A DNA stretch of 64,000 nucleotides from IMG/VR virus record IMGVR_UViG_3300038829_000114. One strand, 5' to 3'. Of this stretch, positions 8,504 to 18,210 are shown piece after piece (the first letter of the stretch is position 1; each line of letters starts with the position of its first letter). Under the pieces are notes generated by a model. It did no database searches. It was given only the letters and a program-made list of their open reading frames with translations, and was not told where the DNA came from. This stretch comes from a virus (lineage: Duplodnaviria; Heunggongvirae; Uroviricota; Caudoviricetes). Both the position numbers and the translations under genes were made by a program.

Positions 8504-8926
8504 ATGTCACTATTCTGGTCCGTTTATCTCTATACAATATTAGAATCTATCCCCCCAATCATTTTCACAGGGATGTTTTTTAGTGGTGTCATAGCAGTAA
8601 TATTTGGTATAATGTGGGTGGTAAATGCTGATATGGTTAGTTCAGGGTTTACCAGTTATCAAGGGTCAGCCAATACCGGCAAAAAGGGATTAAAAACAAC
8701 CCTTACCATTTTCTGCCTTATAGGGTTCATCTCTATTTTTATTCCCAACGAAAAGCAACTAAAATGGCTTGTTGGTGCCTATATTGCCGACCAAGCCCTG
8801 ACTAACGATGAAATCAAAGACCAACTTAAACAACTCCCTGTAAAATCCCTTGACGTAGTTAATTCTGGTTTAGAGGGCTTAGCTGGGTTTGCTAAAGATT
8901 TAACAACCGTTTTGGACAAGGAGTAA
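8504..8926 (+). CDS. membrane protein (paralogue of 8930..9358)
   Basis: TM N-terminus; shared C-terminus …LAGFAKDLTTVLD. Confidence 0.6.
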   Translation: MSLFWSVYLYTILESIPPIIFTGMFFSGVIAVIFGIMWVVNADMVSSGFTSYQGSANTGKKGLKTTLTIFCLIGFISIFIPNEKQLKWLVGAYIADQALTNDEIKDQLKQLPVKSLDVVNSGLEGLAGFAKDLTTVLDKE

Positions 8927-8929
8927 ACC

Positions 8930-9358
8930 ATGTCATTCTTTCTTGCAACATTTTTATATTCGTTGGGCGTCAATATTGGTACAGCCCTTACTGCTTTAGT
9001 TTGTCTATGTATTGTTATCGCTTGTATCTCAGGTTTTTGTTTTATGTGTATTAGCGATGCGATTGATAAGGGTGTTCATGTATCGGATGATGATAAAGCT
9101 ATCTATAAAAAGTCGCTTACATTTATGAAGCGCTCTGTAATCTATTTTCTCCCCGTGCTTTTGTTCCTAGACTTTGCATGGCCTACGGAAAAAAATCTAC
9201 AGCTAATGCTCGGCGCTTATGTTGTGGATAGGACCATCGAACTCCCCGGCGTTAAAGATGAACTCAAACGCTTGCCAGGTGAGGCCCTAAAAACGGTAAA
9301 TGTAAGTTTGGAGTCGTTGGCTGGGTTTGCTAAAGACCTGACCAAAGTCATTGACTAA
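8930..9358 (+). CDS. membrane protein (tandem paralogue)
   Basis: Same architecture and C-terminal motif LAGFAKDLTKVID. Confidence 0.6.
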   Translation: MSFFLATFLYSLGVNIGTALTALVCLCIVIACISGFCFMCISDAIDKGVHVSDDDKAIYKKSLTFMKRSVIYFLPVLLFLDFAWPTEKNLQLMLGAYVVDRTIELPGVKDELKRLPGEALKTVNVSLESLAGFAKDLTKVID

Positions 9359-9361
9359 CTC

Positions 9362-9408
9362 TAATAGAGACACTATCAATACCTCGTGGTAAAGGTGTCT
9401 CTATTTTG
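9362..9408 (+). terminator. terminator-like hairpin TAGAGACAC…GTGTCTCTA + TTTTG
   Basis: 9-bp AGAGACAC stems with a T-run. Confidence 0.55.
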
Positions 9409-9440
9409 TTAAGATATAAACACTTGAAAGGAAGTACACA

Positions 9441-9761
9441 ATGAACAAACGAATTATGGCGGCATTAAACAGTGCTATCGCCCACTTTGAAGAAGTTGTT
9501 AATTGCTCGGATGCAGAAGTTTATCCAATCAACAACAAGATTTACAACGGGCTTGTGAATTTGAAAGCCAAACTCAAGGCTAAACAAAAGCCGCTGTGGG
9601 TTGTTGAACACTTACACCGTCATGGAACGTCTTATGTTGTATGCCGGGCTGACGAAATCCCTAGCTACGAACAGATGGTGAGTTTGTTCTCAGATTTTGA
9701 AGAAGACGAGAATGAAGAAGTTTCTTGTGTCTCTATTGATGAACCTGTAAAGGAATTTTAA
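9441..9761 (+). CDS. hypothetical protein
   Basis: RBS CTTGAAAGGAAG. Confidence 0.55.
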   Translation: MNKRIMAALNSAIAHFEEVVNCSDAEVYPINNKIYNGLVNLKAKLKAKQKPLWVVEHLHRHGTSYVVCRADEIPSYEQMVSLFSDFEEDENEEVSCVSIDEPVKEF

Positions 9762-9762
9762 T

Positions 9763-9891
9763 ATGTCAATCGGATCAGGAATTGCAGTTTTAGGAATTTG
9801 GGCTGGTGCGGCATATGCAGCATCTACTGGCACCCCTGAAGCAGTAGGCTTTGCTGCATTGGCTACTCTCTTTGTAGCGATGGCAAGCTAA
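9763..9891 (+). CDS. 42-aa hydrophobic peptide; not in the track
   Basis: Manual ORF MSIGSGIAVLGIWAGAAYAA… that fills a gap; TAATG overlap with the next gene. Confidence 0.35.
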   Translation: MSIGSGIAVLGIWAGAAYAASTGTPEAVGFAALATLFVAMAS

Positions 9892-10124
9892 TGACACGGC
9901 TCAAAACCATTAGAGAGATGACCAACGCGGATTTAATTGCTGCGCTTAATCAAATCTCTCACCTCGAATCCACAGGCTTATGGCCCAATGGAATGCCCTA
10001 CTGGGTTGAACTCGTAGGCAATGCCCTTAACATAGGCATTGACATGAATAAAGCCTGTGAGGAAATCTTTCGGGAAGCTGCCTATCGTTTCAAAGCTATG
10101 GCCGAACTTGACAAGGTTAGCTAA
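9891..10124 (+). CDS. hypothetical protein
   Basis: ORF. Confidence 0.5.
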   Translation: MTRLKTIREMTNADLIAALNQISHLESTGLWPNGMPYWVELVGNALNIGIDMNKACEEIFREAAYRFKAMAELDKVS

Positions 10125-10145
10125 GTTGTGCTATAGTAATCCCTT

Positions 10146-10481
10146 ATGGTCAAAGACAAAAGACAAGTAAGGGAACTAAAAGGCTTTCGGGCACGACCTT
10201 ACGCGCATGGCTGGGAACTACAAGCTAACTACGTTTATTTTGAGGGTAAAAACAGCGGTAAAAGTGTGTGGGAAGCTGATTCGTTTTTCAGCACCTTTGA
10301 AAACACTTGCTTAGCAATCATAGATAAGAAACTACAGCTACTATTAGATAACGAAGACCCCCAAAATCTCGTAAAAGCCATCCAAGAAGCTAAAGCCGAA
10401 GCTATCAAAGTAGCTCAAGAATTCAAAATTACATACCAAGAAGCTCACAAAGTGGTTAATAACGGGGCCGATACCGAATAG
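10146..10481 (+). CDS. hypothetical protein
   Basis: ORF. Confidence 0.55.
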   Translation: MVKDKRQVRELKGFRARPYAHGWELQANYVYFEGKNSGKSVWEADSFFSTFENTCLAIIDKKLQLLLDNEDPQNLVKAIQEAKAEAIKVAQEFKITYQEAHKVVNNGADTE

Positions 10482-10632
10482 AGACCCCTTAAAAAGGTCC
10501 TAAAATCCTTTTATTATCGTTTTCTCTCTATACCCCATACCTAGACCCCTCGGATAGAGATAACACCCAATTAAACTTGAATAAACGATTAAAACCCGGT
10601 ACAATGGTTTTAACATTGAAAAGGAGCCTAAC

Positions 10633-10914
10633 ATGGCACAATTACTTGTTAAATCGAAATTCACAGCCTGGTTGAAGCAAAAAGGGCGTAAGAAAGTTGG
10701 AAGCCCACGTTTGGCTGATTGCTGCCCGATTGCAACATACATTAACGAAACCTACGGCCATCGCCCTGTGATTGGTAAAATCGACTATAGGCTGATTGAT
10801 TCTGTTGGATGCCGTAAGCGCAAGCTACCTACTTGGGCTAAAGGTTTTATCCATCGTGTTGATATGCATGACAAATTCTCTATCACAGGCAAACAAGCCT
10901 TGGAGTTGCTTTAA
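10633..10914 (+). CDS. hypothetical protein
   Basis: RBS GAAAAGGAG; GGTACAAT promoter upstream. Confidence 0.55.
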   Translation: MAQLLVKSKFTAWLKQKGRKKVGSPRLADCCPIATYINETYGHRPVIGKIDYRLIDSVGCRKRKLPTWAKGFIHRVDMHDKFSITGKQALELL

Positions 10915-10959
10915 TAGAGACTCCATGTTACAATAATCTTAACTGAAAGGGAGTTACAA

Positions 10960-11277
10960 ATGCTTGTCAATAAAAACTATCTGCCGTTTATGGGTGTTGA
11001 ATACGATCAACTGGTATCATTCCCGTCAGGCAACTTTCGTGTAATTACTTACCAAGCCTACAATGCAATGGGCTTAATTGGTTCGGAGCATAACGGTATT
11101 GCTATACTCAATGAGGATGACCGTAACGTAGTGCTTGACCAACATAAGATTGTAAGCACTGGTTATTTTGGTGTAAACCAGGATGTTGTACAGGAATTTA
11201 AGCGCATTTGCAATTTATCGAAAAGTGCTTTTATTTCTTTTGTAAACAATCACCCTCGCGCACGATACGAGATTTAG
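10960..11277 (+). CDS. hypothetical protein
   Basis: TGTTACAAT promoter plus GAAAGGGAG RBS. Confidence 0.55.
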   Translation: MLVNKNYLPFMGVEYDQLVSFPSGNFRVITYQAYNAMGLIGSEHNGIAILNEDDRNVVLDQHKIVSTGYFGVNQDVVQEFKRICNLSKSAFISFVNNHPRARYEI

Positions 11278-11550
11278 ATGCTACACAGACGTAGAATTAA
11301 ACTTTTAGAGCCTGTTACTTTCCAACAGTTTGAACAACTTGTGGAGCAGGCACACGGCCATAGCAAATACGCTAAAGCATTATGGGGGCGTGGTTTTATC
11401 GAACAAATCCCTAACCCAAAGATTATGGACATTCCTTCCCCGGTTTGGTGCTTCATCGCTTTTGAAAAAGATATAGCTGTACTCAATCATTTGACAGCTA
11501 ATCATCTCTATGGTAAGATAAATAATCAAGTGACGAAAACACTTAACTGA
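11278..11550 (+). CDS. hypothetical protein
   Basis: ORF abutting the previous stop. Confidence 0.5.
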   Translation: MLHRRRIKLLEPVTFQQFEQLVEQAHGHSKYAKALWGRGFIEQIPNPKIMDIPSPVWCFIAFEKDIAVLNHLTANHLYGKINNQVTKTLN

Positions 11551-11562
11551 AAGGGAAAAAAC

Positions 11563-11925
11563 ATGAGACCTTATGAAGCAGGATTTGATCTGACGGGAAT
11601 CAGCGGCAGTAATTGGAAAAAGTTACTAAAACTCGTTGGCGCTTCCGAAACGCCTGTAAAATTTGGTCCAGACGAAAAAGACGAACATGGACTCTCTAAA
11701 CTGGGTTGGTTCTGGCAAGGCAAAAACGTCTTGATTGTCAGCGGTGTCAATCCTATAACTAGCGAACATTACACTTACGGAAAACGTAAGGACTGGTTTG
11801 ATTATGCCAGCTATATTGGTATATCTAGCCCGACCAAAGAGGGCCGGAAACTGGTTGTAGATTTTATTAAGAAAAATGCTACCAATATTAAGGGCTACAA
11901 CAAATCTCAACGGGAATACATCTAA
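11563..11925 (+). CDS. hypothetical protein
   Basis: RBS GAAAGGGAAAAAACATG. Confidence 0.55.
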   Translation: MRPYEAGFDLTGISGSNWKKLLKLVGASETPVKFGPDEKDEHGLSKLGWFWQGKNVLIVSGVNPITSEHYTYGKRKDWFDYASYIGISSPTKEGRKLVVDFIKKNATNIKGYNKSQREYI

Positions 11926-12000
11926 TAGAGACACCAAGTAATTTTAGTTGCCAAAATTTTAATAACTGATAAACTATTTGTAACTTAAAAGGAATTAACC

Positions 12001-12516
12001 ATGGGCGCTGATCTATACATTAAGAAAATTTTTGATGAAAACCAAAAACAATTTAAGCCTTTTTTTGACTCTGCTGTTGAGCTTCGGGACTCATTAGGTC
12101 GTGGTAGTGAAAACCCACTGGCGAAAAAGGCCCAAGAGATTGTTGGCTATTTTTATGACAAGATGTACGAGGTTGGTTATTTTCGTGATTCTTACAACGG
12201 AACGGCTGTGCTTTTTCTAATTAACCTGTCCTGGTGGGAAAATGTGAGTCCACTTATCAACAAAAGCGGTAACATCTCTGGCAAAAATCTAAAGACATTT
12301 CGTGATATGGTCACGCAAGGCTGGGCTAACTGTCAAGATGGTATTAACAACGATGCCAAGTTGTTAGAGCATCTAAAAGAGCATAGTTGTACGGTTGATG
12401 ATGGTGAAAACTCTGTTGCTGTTTGGCGGGAGTTTTTTACAAACAAATATAACAGGCTGATTGAGTTTATTGATACAGCAATCAAACTACGCACCTGTAT
12501 CCGAGCAAGCGTCTAA
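12001..12516 (+). CDS. hypothetical protein
   Basis: ORF with RBS AAAAGGAATTAACCATG. Confidence 0.6.
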   Translation: MGADLYIKKIFDENQKQFKPFFDSAVELRDSLGRGSENPLAKKAQEIVGYFYDKMYEVGYFRDSYNGTAVLFLINLSWWENVSPLINKSGNISGKNLKTFRDMVTQGWANCQDGINNDAKLLEHLKEHSCTVDDGENSVAVWREFFTNKYNRLIEFIDTAIKLRTCIRASV

Positions 12517-12603
12517 TACATCGAATAGAGATACCAAGTAATTTTAGTTGTCTCTATGGATTATTTACAGTAAACTATCAACTATAAACAAAAGGAAACA
12601 AAC

Positions 12604-12804
12604 ATGAAAAATCGTATTGCTATTGTGGTTGAGGGCGGGGTTGTCCAAGGTGTTTTTGCAGACTTCACGGACGATATTGAAGTCTCTATTGTTGACCACG
12701 ATACTCTTGATACAGGGGATTGTACCCAAGCCTATAGCGACCACTGTCAATCTCTTATTAAAGATATTGATGATGATAAGCTGGTAATGGCAACCGTTCT
12801 TTGA
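12604..12804 (+). CDS. hypothetical acidic protein
   Basis: ORF with RBS AAAAGGAAACAAACATG. Confidence 0.5.
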   Translation: MKNRIAIVVEGGVVQGVFADFTDDIEVSIVDHDTLDTGDCTQAYSDHCQSLIKDIDDDKLVMATVL

Positions 12805-12858
12805 TTTGACAAGTCTAATAGACTCTGATAAACTATTTTTACTTGAAAGGAAAACAAC

Positions 12859-13068
12859 ATGCCCCAATTTATTGTAAATGTTCGAGAAGTCCACGTTCAA
12901 CCTTACCTGATCGAAGCAGCTACCTTGGATGAAGCTATTACCAAGGTTGAAGAAGGTGAGGGTGATATTCTCGAAGCAGGTTTTGAATACTCCCATACGC
13001 TGGAAACAGATTCATGGGATGGTCATGAGGCAGAAAAATCCGAGCTAGACGAATTTGGTATGGAATAA
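12859..13068 (+). CDS. hypothetical acidic protein
   Basis: RBS CTTGAAAGGAAAAC. Confidence 0.5.
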   Translation: MPQFIVNVREVHVQPYLIEAATLDEAITKVEEGEGDILEAGFEYSHTLETDSWDGHEAEKSELDEFGME

Positions 13069-13370
13069 TGCGCCCGGAGTTTGTCAACACAATAGAGACC
13101 ACCCTTGAAAACTTTCGTTTGAGTCTCTATCATATGCCTTTTTCGTTCCATATAGACGATTGGGGTACTGTGGGGGCCTCTGTATTCGTTTATTTCGCGG
13201 CAAAACCGGATTTAAGGGTAGAGCTACCTAAATTCAAAAGAGTCTTAAAAAAGGCTGGATTTAGGGTTTCCTGGTATGACCGTTATCCAGCGGACCATAC
13301 TGATAAAACAATTAAAATGAGTGTAGATTTGATTAGTTGGGCTGGACCTATACTGAACCCCCAACTCTAA
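13068..13370 (+). CDS. hypothetical protein
   Basis: ATGA overlap. Confidence 0.5.
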   Translation: MRPEFVNTIETTLENFRLSLYHMPFSFHIDDWGTVGASVFVYFAAKPDLRVELPKFKRVLKKAGFRVSWYDRYPADHTDKTIKMSVDLISWAGPILNPQL

Positions 13371-13447
13371 TAGAGACACCTTAAACACATAGTTGCGTTA
13401 GTAGTCTCTATAGGTTACAATTTATTTATCTTGAAAGGATGGAAACA

Positions 13448-13714
13448 ATGAAAACGAAAGAACAGGAATTGGCTACAGCTATTGGTAACGGTGTGAATAT
13501 CATGTGCTTCAGCAATAAAGAGTTTTGCGAAGCTATGGACCGTGAACACCGAACACTACAACAAAGTTTTACTCGCCTTGCTGTAGCTTGGCTATACCAT
13601 CTTGCTAACAAACAAGAGTATCAGTACGACCTACGCAATGAAGCATCTGTAAAGGCAGGAAAGGCCGTTAAAGCTGCTTTGGGCGAATATGGTCCACCAC
13701 TACCCCACATTTAA
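13448..13714 (+). CDS. hypothetical protein
   Basis: RBS spacing favours ATG 13448 over the track start 13439. Confidence 0.5.
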   Translation: MKTKEQELATAIGNGVNIMCFSNKEFCEAMDREHRTLQQSFTRLAVAWLYHLANKQEYQYDLRNEASVKAGKAVKAALGEYGPPLPHI

Positions 13715-13728
13715 GAAAGGACGTTAAA

Positions 13729-13938
13729 ATGAAGCTAAAAGTCTATTTGGCAGCACTTAATGATGCTGTAAAGAAAAACCCTGAGATTCTTGAATTTGAC
13801 GTTGTATGCGCGTCCGATGATGAGGGTAACAGTTTTCAAAAAGCAAACTTTACGCCAACTATCGGGCAGTTTGATGGGCATGATTTTACTGAGGATGTTA
13901 AGTTAGTAAACAATCCTAACGCGGTGTGTATTAACTAA
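13729..13938 (+). CDS. hypothetical protein
   Basis: RBS AAGGACG. Confidence 0.5.
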   Translation: MKLKVYLAALNDAVKKNPEILEFDVVCASDDEGNSFQKANFTPTIGQFDGHDFTEDVKLVNNPNAVCIN

Positions 13939-14026
13939 TAACACTCTAATAGAGACACCTTAAAATCTTAGTTGTTATTAAGTGGTCTCTATGATAAAAT
14001 ATTCTTACTTGAAAGGATGTAAACAA

Positions 14027-14251
14027 ATGCTACCTAAATATCTAGTATTGCTTCAAGAGGGTGAACTACCAACGGATAGGTGGTACTTCCGTTGTGACGC
14101 TGAAAATTTTGAACAAGCTACGGAGTTGGCATTAGAAGATAATGCTGACATTAAAGATTTGCTTACTGTCATTGCAGTTTACGAAAAAGTAAATCAATCT
14201 TACTTAAAAAGGGGAATCGCATGCCAAAATACAAAAAAATTGAGGCTCTAG
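14027..14251 (+). CDS. hypothetical protein
   Basis: CTTGAAAGGATG RBS places the start at 14027. Confidence 0.5.
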   Translation: MLPKYLVLLQEGELPTDRWYFRCDAENFEQATELALEDNADIKDLLTVIAVYEKVNQSYLKRGIACQNTKKLRL

Positions 14252-14475
14252 CTAGTTGGACACAGCAAGACTTTGACCGGCGTGGTGCTAATGTTGACCA
14301 AGAGTGTGAAACGGTAGCAGAGGCCAAAGAACGCGCTAAGTATATGCTGACAACCGAATATCAAGACCTTATCGAAGCTAGTGGCGTTATGATGTACTCT
14401 CAAGTCGTTGCAGATGGAATAGTCCTAGCAGATTATTTTCATAAAGATCACCCCACTATCGTAAGGTTTGAATAA
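14221..14475 (+). CDS. hypothetical protein
   Basis: ORF overlapping the previous 3' end. Confidence 0.45.
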   Translation: MPKYKKIEALASWTQQDFDRRGANVDQECETVAEAKERAKYMLTTEYQDLIEASGVMMYSQVVADGIVLADYFHKDHPTIVRFE

Positions 14476-14476
14476 A

Positions 14477-14701
14477 ATGAAATTACTTGGCGAAGTCGGC
14501 TGCTATGTCCTAGACCTATATTGTAACCACTGTGAGCTTGAGGCTGAAGGTTATAGAAGGCGTACACAATTCACTGGCCAAACATTATCAGAGTGCCGGA
14601 AAGCTGCTAGGAAAGCTGGCTGGATTACAGGTCGAAAACAGGTTCTTTGTCCACAACACAAGACTAAGTTGACCACTCTAATAGAGACACTCTCAACCTA
14701 A
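14477..14701 (+). CDS. Cys-rich small protein (LLGEVGCYVLDLYCNxC family; paralogue of 18482..18688)
   Basis: Shared motifs LLGEVGCYVLDLYCN, QFTG, ARKAARKAGW, TGRK, VLCP. Confidence 0.55.
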   Translation: MKLLGEVGCYVLDLYCNHCELEAEGYRRRTQFTGQTLSECRKAARKAGWITGRKQVLCPQHKTKLTTLIETLST

Positions 14702-14736
14702 GTTGCAGAGTCTCTATAGATTTGTTATACTGACTC

Positions 14737-14775
14737 TGACGGTTGAGATACACCGGACGAAGAAAGGGGAAGTCT
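14737..14775 (+). repeat. conserved 39-nt element TGACGGTTGAGATACACCGGACGAAGAAAGGGGAAGTCT at the predicted 5' end of a transcript (copy 1 of 2)
   Basis: 36/39 identical to 18731-18769. Both copies follow a TGTTATA(C/A)T -10 box and a paralogous Cys-protein gene. Confidence 0.5.
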
Positions 14776-14949
14776 GTTGTCAACCCCCTAAAAATGATTA
14801 GTCTCTTCCATACTATTAATATAACAGAGAGACCACACCCTGTCAAATAGAGAATAAGGTGTCTCTATAAGAGGGGTTATCATGGAACTGTGGCATGGTG
14901 TCTCTATGTACGTTATAATCCTTAGTAACATTTTGAAAGGGAAAATCAA

Positions 14950-15606
14950 ATGAAAACTACATGGTCAGTAAAAACGGCGAAAGCCTACGTTAAAAATTTA
15001 AGTTTGCCTAGTAAGATGCCGGGGTATTCCTACTCTATCCCCGCACAAAACTGTAAGGTAGGCGGACAACTGCAAAAAATTGAAGGGTCCACTTGCTCTA
15101 AGTGTTATTGTTTGCGTGGCAATTATCGCTGGCCCGTAGTTGAAAATGCCTTGAAAGCCCGTCTAAAGGCTATTAAAAAAGCTAAATGGGTTGAAGCTAT
15201 GGCTTTCCTTATCAATAACTATGGTTCAAAAGGCGACACACATTTTAGATTCCATGACAGCGGGGACTTGCAAAGCATGGAACACCTTGAAAATATTGTC
15301 TCTATTGCCAAACTAACTCCCCTTGTAAAAATATGGCTTCCAACGAGAGAGTATAAACTCATTAGAGACTATCTAGCCTCTGGTAAAGTATTCCCCGACA
15401 ATCTTACTGTTAGAGTCTCTAGCCCCATGATTGACGTTTATCAAATTGGGTTTGTTAAAATGGGGGTAACTGTTTCAGGTGTTCATAGCAACGATTCTAA
15501 GGCCCAAGGGTTTAAGTGTATTGCTAAAGATCAAGGGAACCAATGTCTTGATTGCCGTGCTTGTTGGGACAAAAATGTTAAGATAGTGTCTTACCACAAA
15601 CACTAA
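14950..15606 (+). CDS. hypothetical protein (218 aa)
   Basis: ORF with RBS GAAAGGGAAAATCAAATG and a TATAAT -10 upstream. Confidence 0.6.
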   Translation: MKTTWSVKTAKAYVKNLSLPSKMPGYSYSIPAQNCKVGGQLQKIEGSTCSKCYCLRGNYRWPVVENALKARLKAIKKAKWVEAMAFLINNYGSKGDTHFRFHDSGDLQSMEHLENIVSIAKLTPLVKIWLPTREYKLIRDYLASGKVFPDNLTVRVSSPMIDVYQIGFVKMGVTVSGVHSNDSKAQGFKCIAKDQGNQCLDCRACWDKNVKIVSYHKH

Positions 15607-15628
15607 AAGATAGTAAAATAGAGACTAT

Positions 15629-15712
15629 GCGACTATGGTGAAACTGGTAGACACAACAGACTTAAAATCTGTCGATGGCAACATCATCCCGGTTCAAGTC
15701 CGGGTAGTCGCA
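15629..15712 (+). tRNA. tRNA-Leu (anticodon TAA), class II with long variable arm
   Basis: Acceptor GCGACTA/TAGTCGC, anticodon stem ACAGA/TCTGT, loop CTTAAAA, variable arm GATGGCAACATCATCC, T-arm CGGGTTCAAGTCCCG. Confidence 0.8.
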
Positions 15713-15747
15713 ACACTGTATGTTTTATACTATGAATCTTATTCAAT

Positions 15748-15761
15748 ATAGACACTGACTA
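15748..15761 (+). repeat. gene-junction motif TAGACACTGACTA directly abutting ATG 15762 (no SD)
   Basis: Member of a 9-copy motif family. Confidence 0.5.
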
Positions 15762-16169
15762 ATGGCATTAAACCTAACTCACATTACTAAAAAGCTATTC
15801 CCGGACGCTATTCATGAACCTAGTACAATAAACTATGGTCATTGTTATAACTGGGCTTTCGCTGCTTATCTCTATTACAAAGATAAAAAAACAGTGTCTC
15901 TATGGTCAGACCTAGAGTCATATCATGCGTTCATTAAGATAGATCAAAAATTCTATGACGCTGAAAGCCCTAAAGGGGTTTATGACCAATTAGACTTACA
16001 ATGCTATGTCCGGGCACATTGGAATAGAGATAGATTCATATTTGACAAAATGGATGAAATATACTTCCGTCACTATTGGGGACGCCGGGGTAGGTGTGGC
16101 TTTATGCCCTATGATACTTTCGTAAAAGCACTTAAGTTGCGTATATCGTCACCGTCTGATACAATGTAA
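15762..16169 (+). CDS. hypothetical protein
   Basis: ORF after the junction motif. Confidence 0.55.
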   Translation: MALNLTHITKKLFPDAIHEPSTINYGHCYNWAFAAYLYYKDKKTVSLWSDLESYHAFIKIDQKFYDAESPKGVYDQLDLQCYVRAHWNRDRFIFDKMDEIYFRHYWGRRGRCGFMPYDTFVKALKLRISSPSDTM

Positions 16170-16172
16170 ACT

Positions 16173-16478
16173 ATGTTTAAACCAATTAACTTAAAAGTGG
16201 GAGATACTGTCGAATGGCTATCACACAAACCGATTGTGGGCGATAGAGACGGTAAAACATATGTAGACCCTTTCCGTATGCGTGGAAAGGTTGTTAAAAT
16301 CTATGAGCCTTATAGAGAAACCTACATAGACGATGACTTGGAAGAAAATATTAACTATTCCCATGGTAAGGCATCTGTAGCCTTTCCTTATTCAAATTAC
16401 GGGCTTCATTCTGATAAGTGGCCCGCTCCCTTCATTATATTTCATGAAGACGAAGATACATACTGGAGAAAAGCATGA
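16173..16478 (+). CDS. hypothetical protein
   Basis: ORF. Confidence 0.55.
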   Translation: MFKPINLKVGDTVEWLSHKPIVGDRDGKTYVDPFRMRGKVVKIYEPYRETYIDDDLEENINYSHGKASVAFPYSNYGLHSDKWPAPFIIFHEDEDTYWRKA

Positions 16479-16675
16479 ATTATTTCTATGTAGGCCGTTC
16501 AGACTGTAAACCGATGACCGCTAAACAATCCGGGCTGGGCCGTCCATGCAAACACCGCAAATTCAAGTCCTATAAAAAAGCTGTGGAATTCCTTTCTAAT
16601 CACCCGCAACAACATCTGGTTGTAAAGGGTTATTTCTATCTTGATGCCCCTGAAGGCTTCAACCCTCAACTATAG
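16475..16675 (+). CDS. hypothetical basic protein
   Basis: ORF with ATGA overlap. Confidence 0.5.
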   Translation: MNYFYVGRSDCKPMTAKQSGLGRPCKHRKFKSYKKAVEFLSNHPQQHLVVKGYFYLDAPEGFNPQL

Positions 16676-16678
16676 AGA

Positions 16679-16690
16679 AGACACTGACTA
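16679..16690 (+). repeat. junction motif AGACACTGACTA, followed by an 11-codon mini-ORF whose TGA overlaps ATG 16723
   Basis: Motif family member. Confidence 0.45.
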
Positions 16691-16722
16691 ATGCCTAAAC
16701 ACAACTGGAGAAAAATATACCC

Positions 16723-16917
16723 ATGAGTGATTCAAATGTGTTAAACATAGCTTTATTAATAGTGCTTATTGTTATCTCTATCGCTTTAAGGATACAAGGG
16801 TTTCCTTTCTTTGATACCAAAAAACCCCTAAAAGCTACTACCCTATTTTGGGTATTATGGTTTGTTGGTATATTTGCAATCTGCCGGGGCTTCTGGTGGA
16901 TTGTAATAGGGTTTTAG
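16723..16917 (+). CDS. small membrane protein
   Basis: Two hydrophobic helices. Confidence 0.45.
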   Translation: MSDSNVLNIALLIVLIVISIALRIQGFPFFDTKKPLKATTLFWVLWFVGIFAICRGFWWIVIGF

Positions 16918-16920
16918 ACA

Positions 16921-17187
16921 ATGGGCCTAAAAGATGATTTAGAGACAATTAAGAACCTCCCAAAAGGGGCTTCGACAGTGCCTGACCATGGCCCAAAAAT
17001 CTTGTTTAATAATGCCCTACAACACCTAGAGACAGCTAAAGGGTTATTTGAACGGTGTGTAATACAGTTGCCGCAAGAACATATTATGATTCCAAGTATA
17101 ACTAATGCTAAGCTGGATATAGACGATATATTTGATAGAATTAGGTATGTTTCACGAATAGCTCGTTTTGATAGAGAAGATATCTAA
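16921..17187 (+). CDS. hypothetical protein
   Basis: ORF. Confidence 0.5.
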   Translation: MGLKDDLETIKNLPKGASTVPDHGPKILFNNALQHLETAKGLFERCVIQLPQEHIMIPSITNAKLDIDDIFDRIRYVSRIARFDREDI

Positions 17188-17432
17188 TGAATAACAAAAC
17201 CGACTGGATTGGTGATGACGGCCAACACAATAAAATAGTCACAAGATTCTCTAAAAGACGACTTAAAGACCACTCTTACCATGTTGTGCTTAATCCCATT
17301 GGAGAGGGGTATAATACTATCTGGGAAGCTCATTTAAACGGGTCGTCAAAAATCGCTCAAGGGCATACAGTTGATAAAGCAATTGAAAACCTGTTTGCCT
17401 ATTGGGATGCCCTGCCCCTTTGGGAAGACTAG
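17187..17432 (+). CDS. hypothetical protein
   Basis: ATGA overlap. Confidence 0.5.
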   Translation: MNNKTDWIGDDGQHNKIVTRFSKRRLKDHSYHVVLNPIGEGYNTIWEAHLNGSSKIAQGHTVDKAIENLFAYWDALPLWED

Positions 17433-17442
17433 ACACTGACTA
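17430..17442 (+). repeat. junction motif TAGACACTGACTA spanning the upstream stop TAG and abutting ATG 17442
   Basis: No room for an SD. Confidence 0.5.
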
Positions 17443-17639
17443 TGCAAATACTTTTTACTATCTATGCCATCGGTGCCTTATGGGTTCTGGTGGGTTCTAT
17501 AATTACTTCATTAGCCGAGGCCGGGGGCATATATAGAATCAAATGGTTTTTAATGGATCTGATCGTCTCTATATTTTGGCTCCCACTCTTTATCTATCTC
17601 TTTATTGATGAGTCTTTATTTGAGCATGATGTTTACTAG
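17442..17639 (+). CDS. small membrane protein
   Basis: Hydrophobic. Confidence 0.5.
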   Translation: MQILFTIYAIGALWVLVGSIITSLAEAGGIYRIKWFLMDLIVSIFWLPLFIYLFIDESLFEHDVY

Positions 17640-17649
17640 ACACTGACTA
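17637..17649 (+). repeat. junction motif TAGACACTGACTA (stop TAG + motif + ATG 17649)
   Basis: Identical arrangement to 17430. Confidence 0.5.
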
Positions 17650-17873
17650 TGCAACGTAAAATAACTAAAAAACTTTCCTACTTAGAAAACTTTGCTAGAG
17701 AAGAAACACGAAAGCAAAACCGCATAAAGAGATTGGGACTATGTAAGTGTGGAAAAAATCCACAGGCAGATAAATTACATACATGCCCTTTTGCTGAACA
17801 GATAAACGAAGATAAGGAATCTCTATGTAATTGCTGTGAAGATTGTACATACACTTGTGCAGAGAATGTTTAG
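17649..17873 (+). CDS. Cys-rich small protein
   Basis: CKCGKNP…CPF…CNCCEDCTYTC. Confidence 0.5.
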   Translation: MQRKITKKLSYLENFAREETRKQNRIKRLGLCKCGKNPQADKLHTCPFAEQINEDKESLCNCCEDCTYTCAENV

Positions 17874-17883
17874 ACACTGACTA
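17871..17883 (+). repeat. junction motif TAGACACTGACTA
   Basis: Motif family member. Confidence 0.45.
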
Positions 17884-17892
17884 AAGAATATC

Positions 17893-18150
17893 ATGACCAC
17901 AATATCAAAAAAACCTCCTGAATACTTAACAGATGCTTTAGTAGAGATTTTGGCAATTATGTTCAGTGAAATAGAGCTACGCACAAAGGTTAAAGAAGTC
18001 TCTATACCAATTCAATATAAATCCCGCATAGCCTATAAAATGATTGATAACACTCTCTGGGGCGCTAATGTCGTCTTTACTGATGGCGATGTGCTCCAAG
18101 TGTCAGATGAGCTAACCCCTCACATAGAGACACCTTCGACACTGACTTGA
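17893..18150 (+). CDS. hypothetical protein (its stop lies inside a GACACTGACTTGA motif copy)
   Basis: ORF. Confidence 0.5.
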   Translation: MTTISKKPPEYLTDALVEILAIMFSEIELRTKVKEVSIPIQYKSRIAYKMIDNTLWGANVVFTDGDVLQVSDELTPHIETPSTLT

Positions 18151-18210
18151 TAAATACATATCACCTTGTTACAATGTCTCTATGAATACAGAACTACAAA
18201 GGAAACTAAC

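Noticed and set aside
12565-12996. 143-aa − strand ORF
   Set aside because: Antisense to two RBS-supported + strand genes in an AT-rich region.
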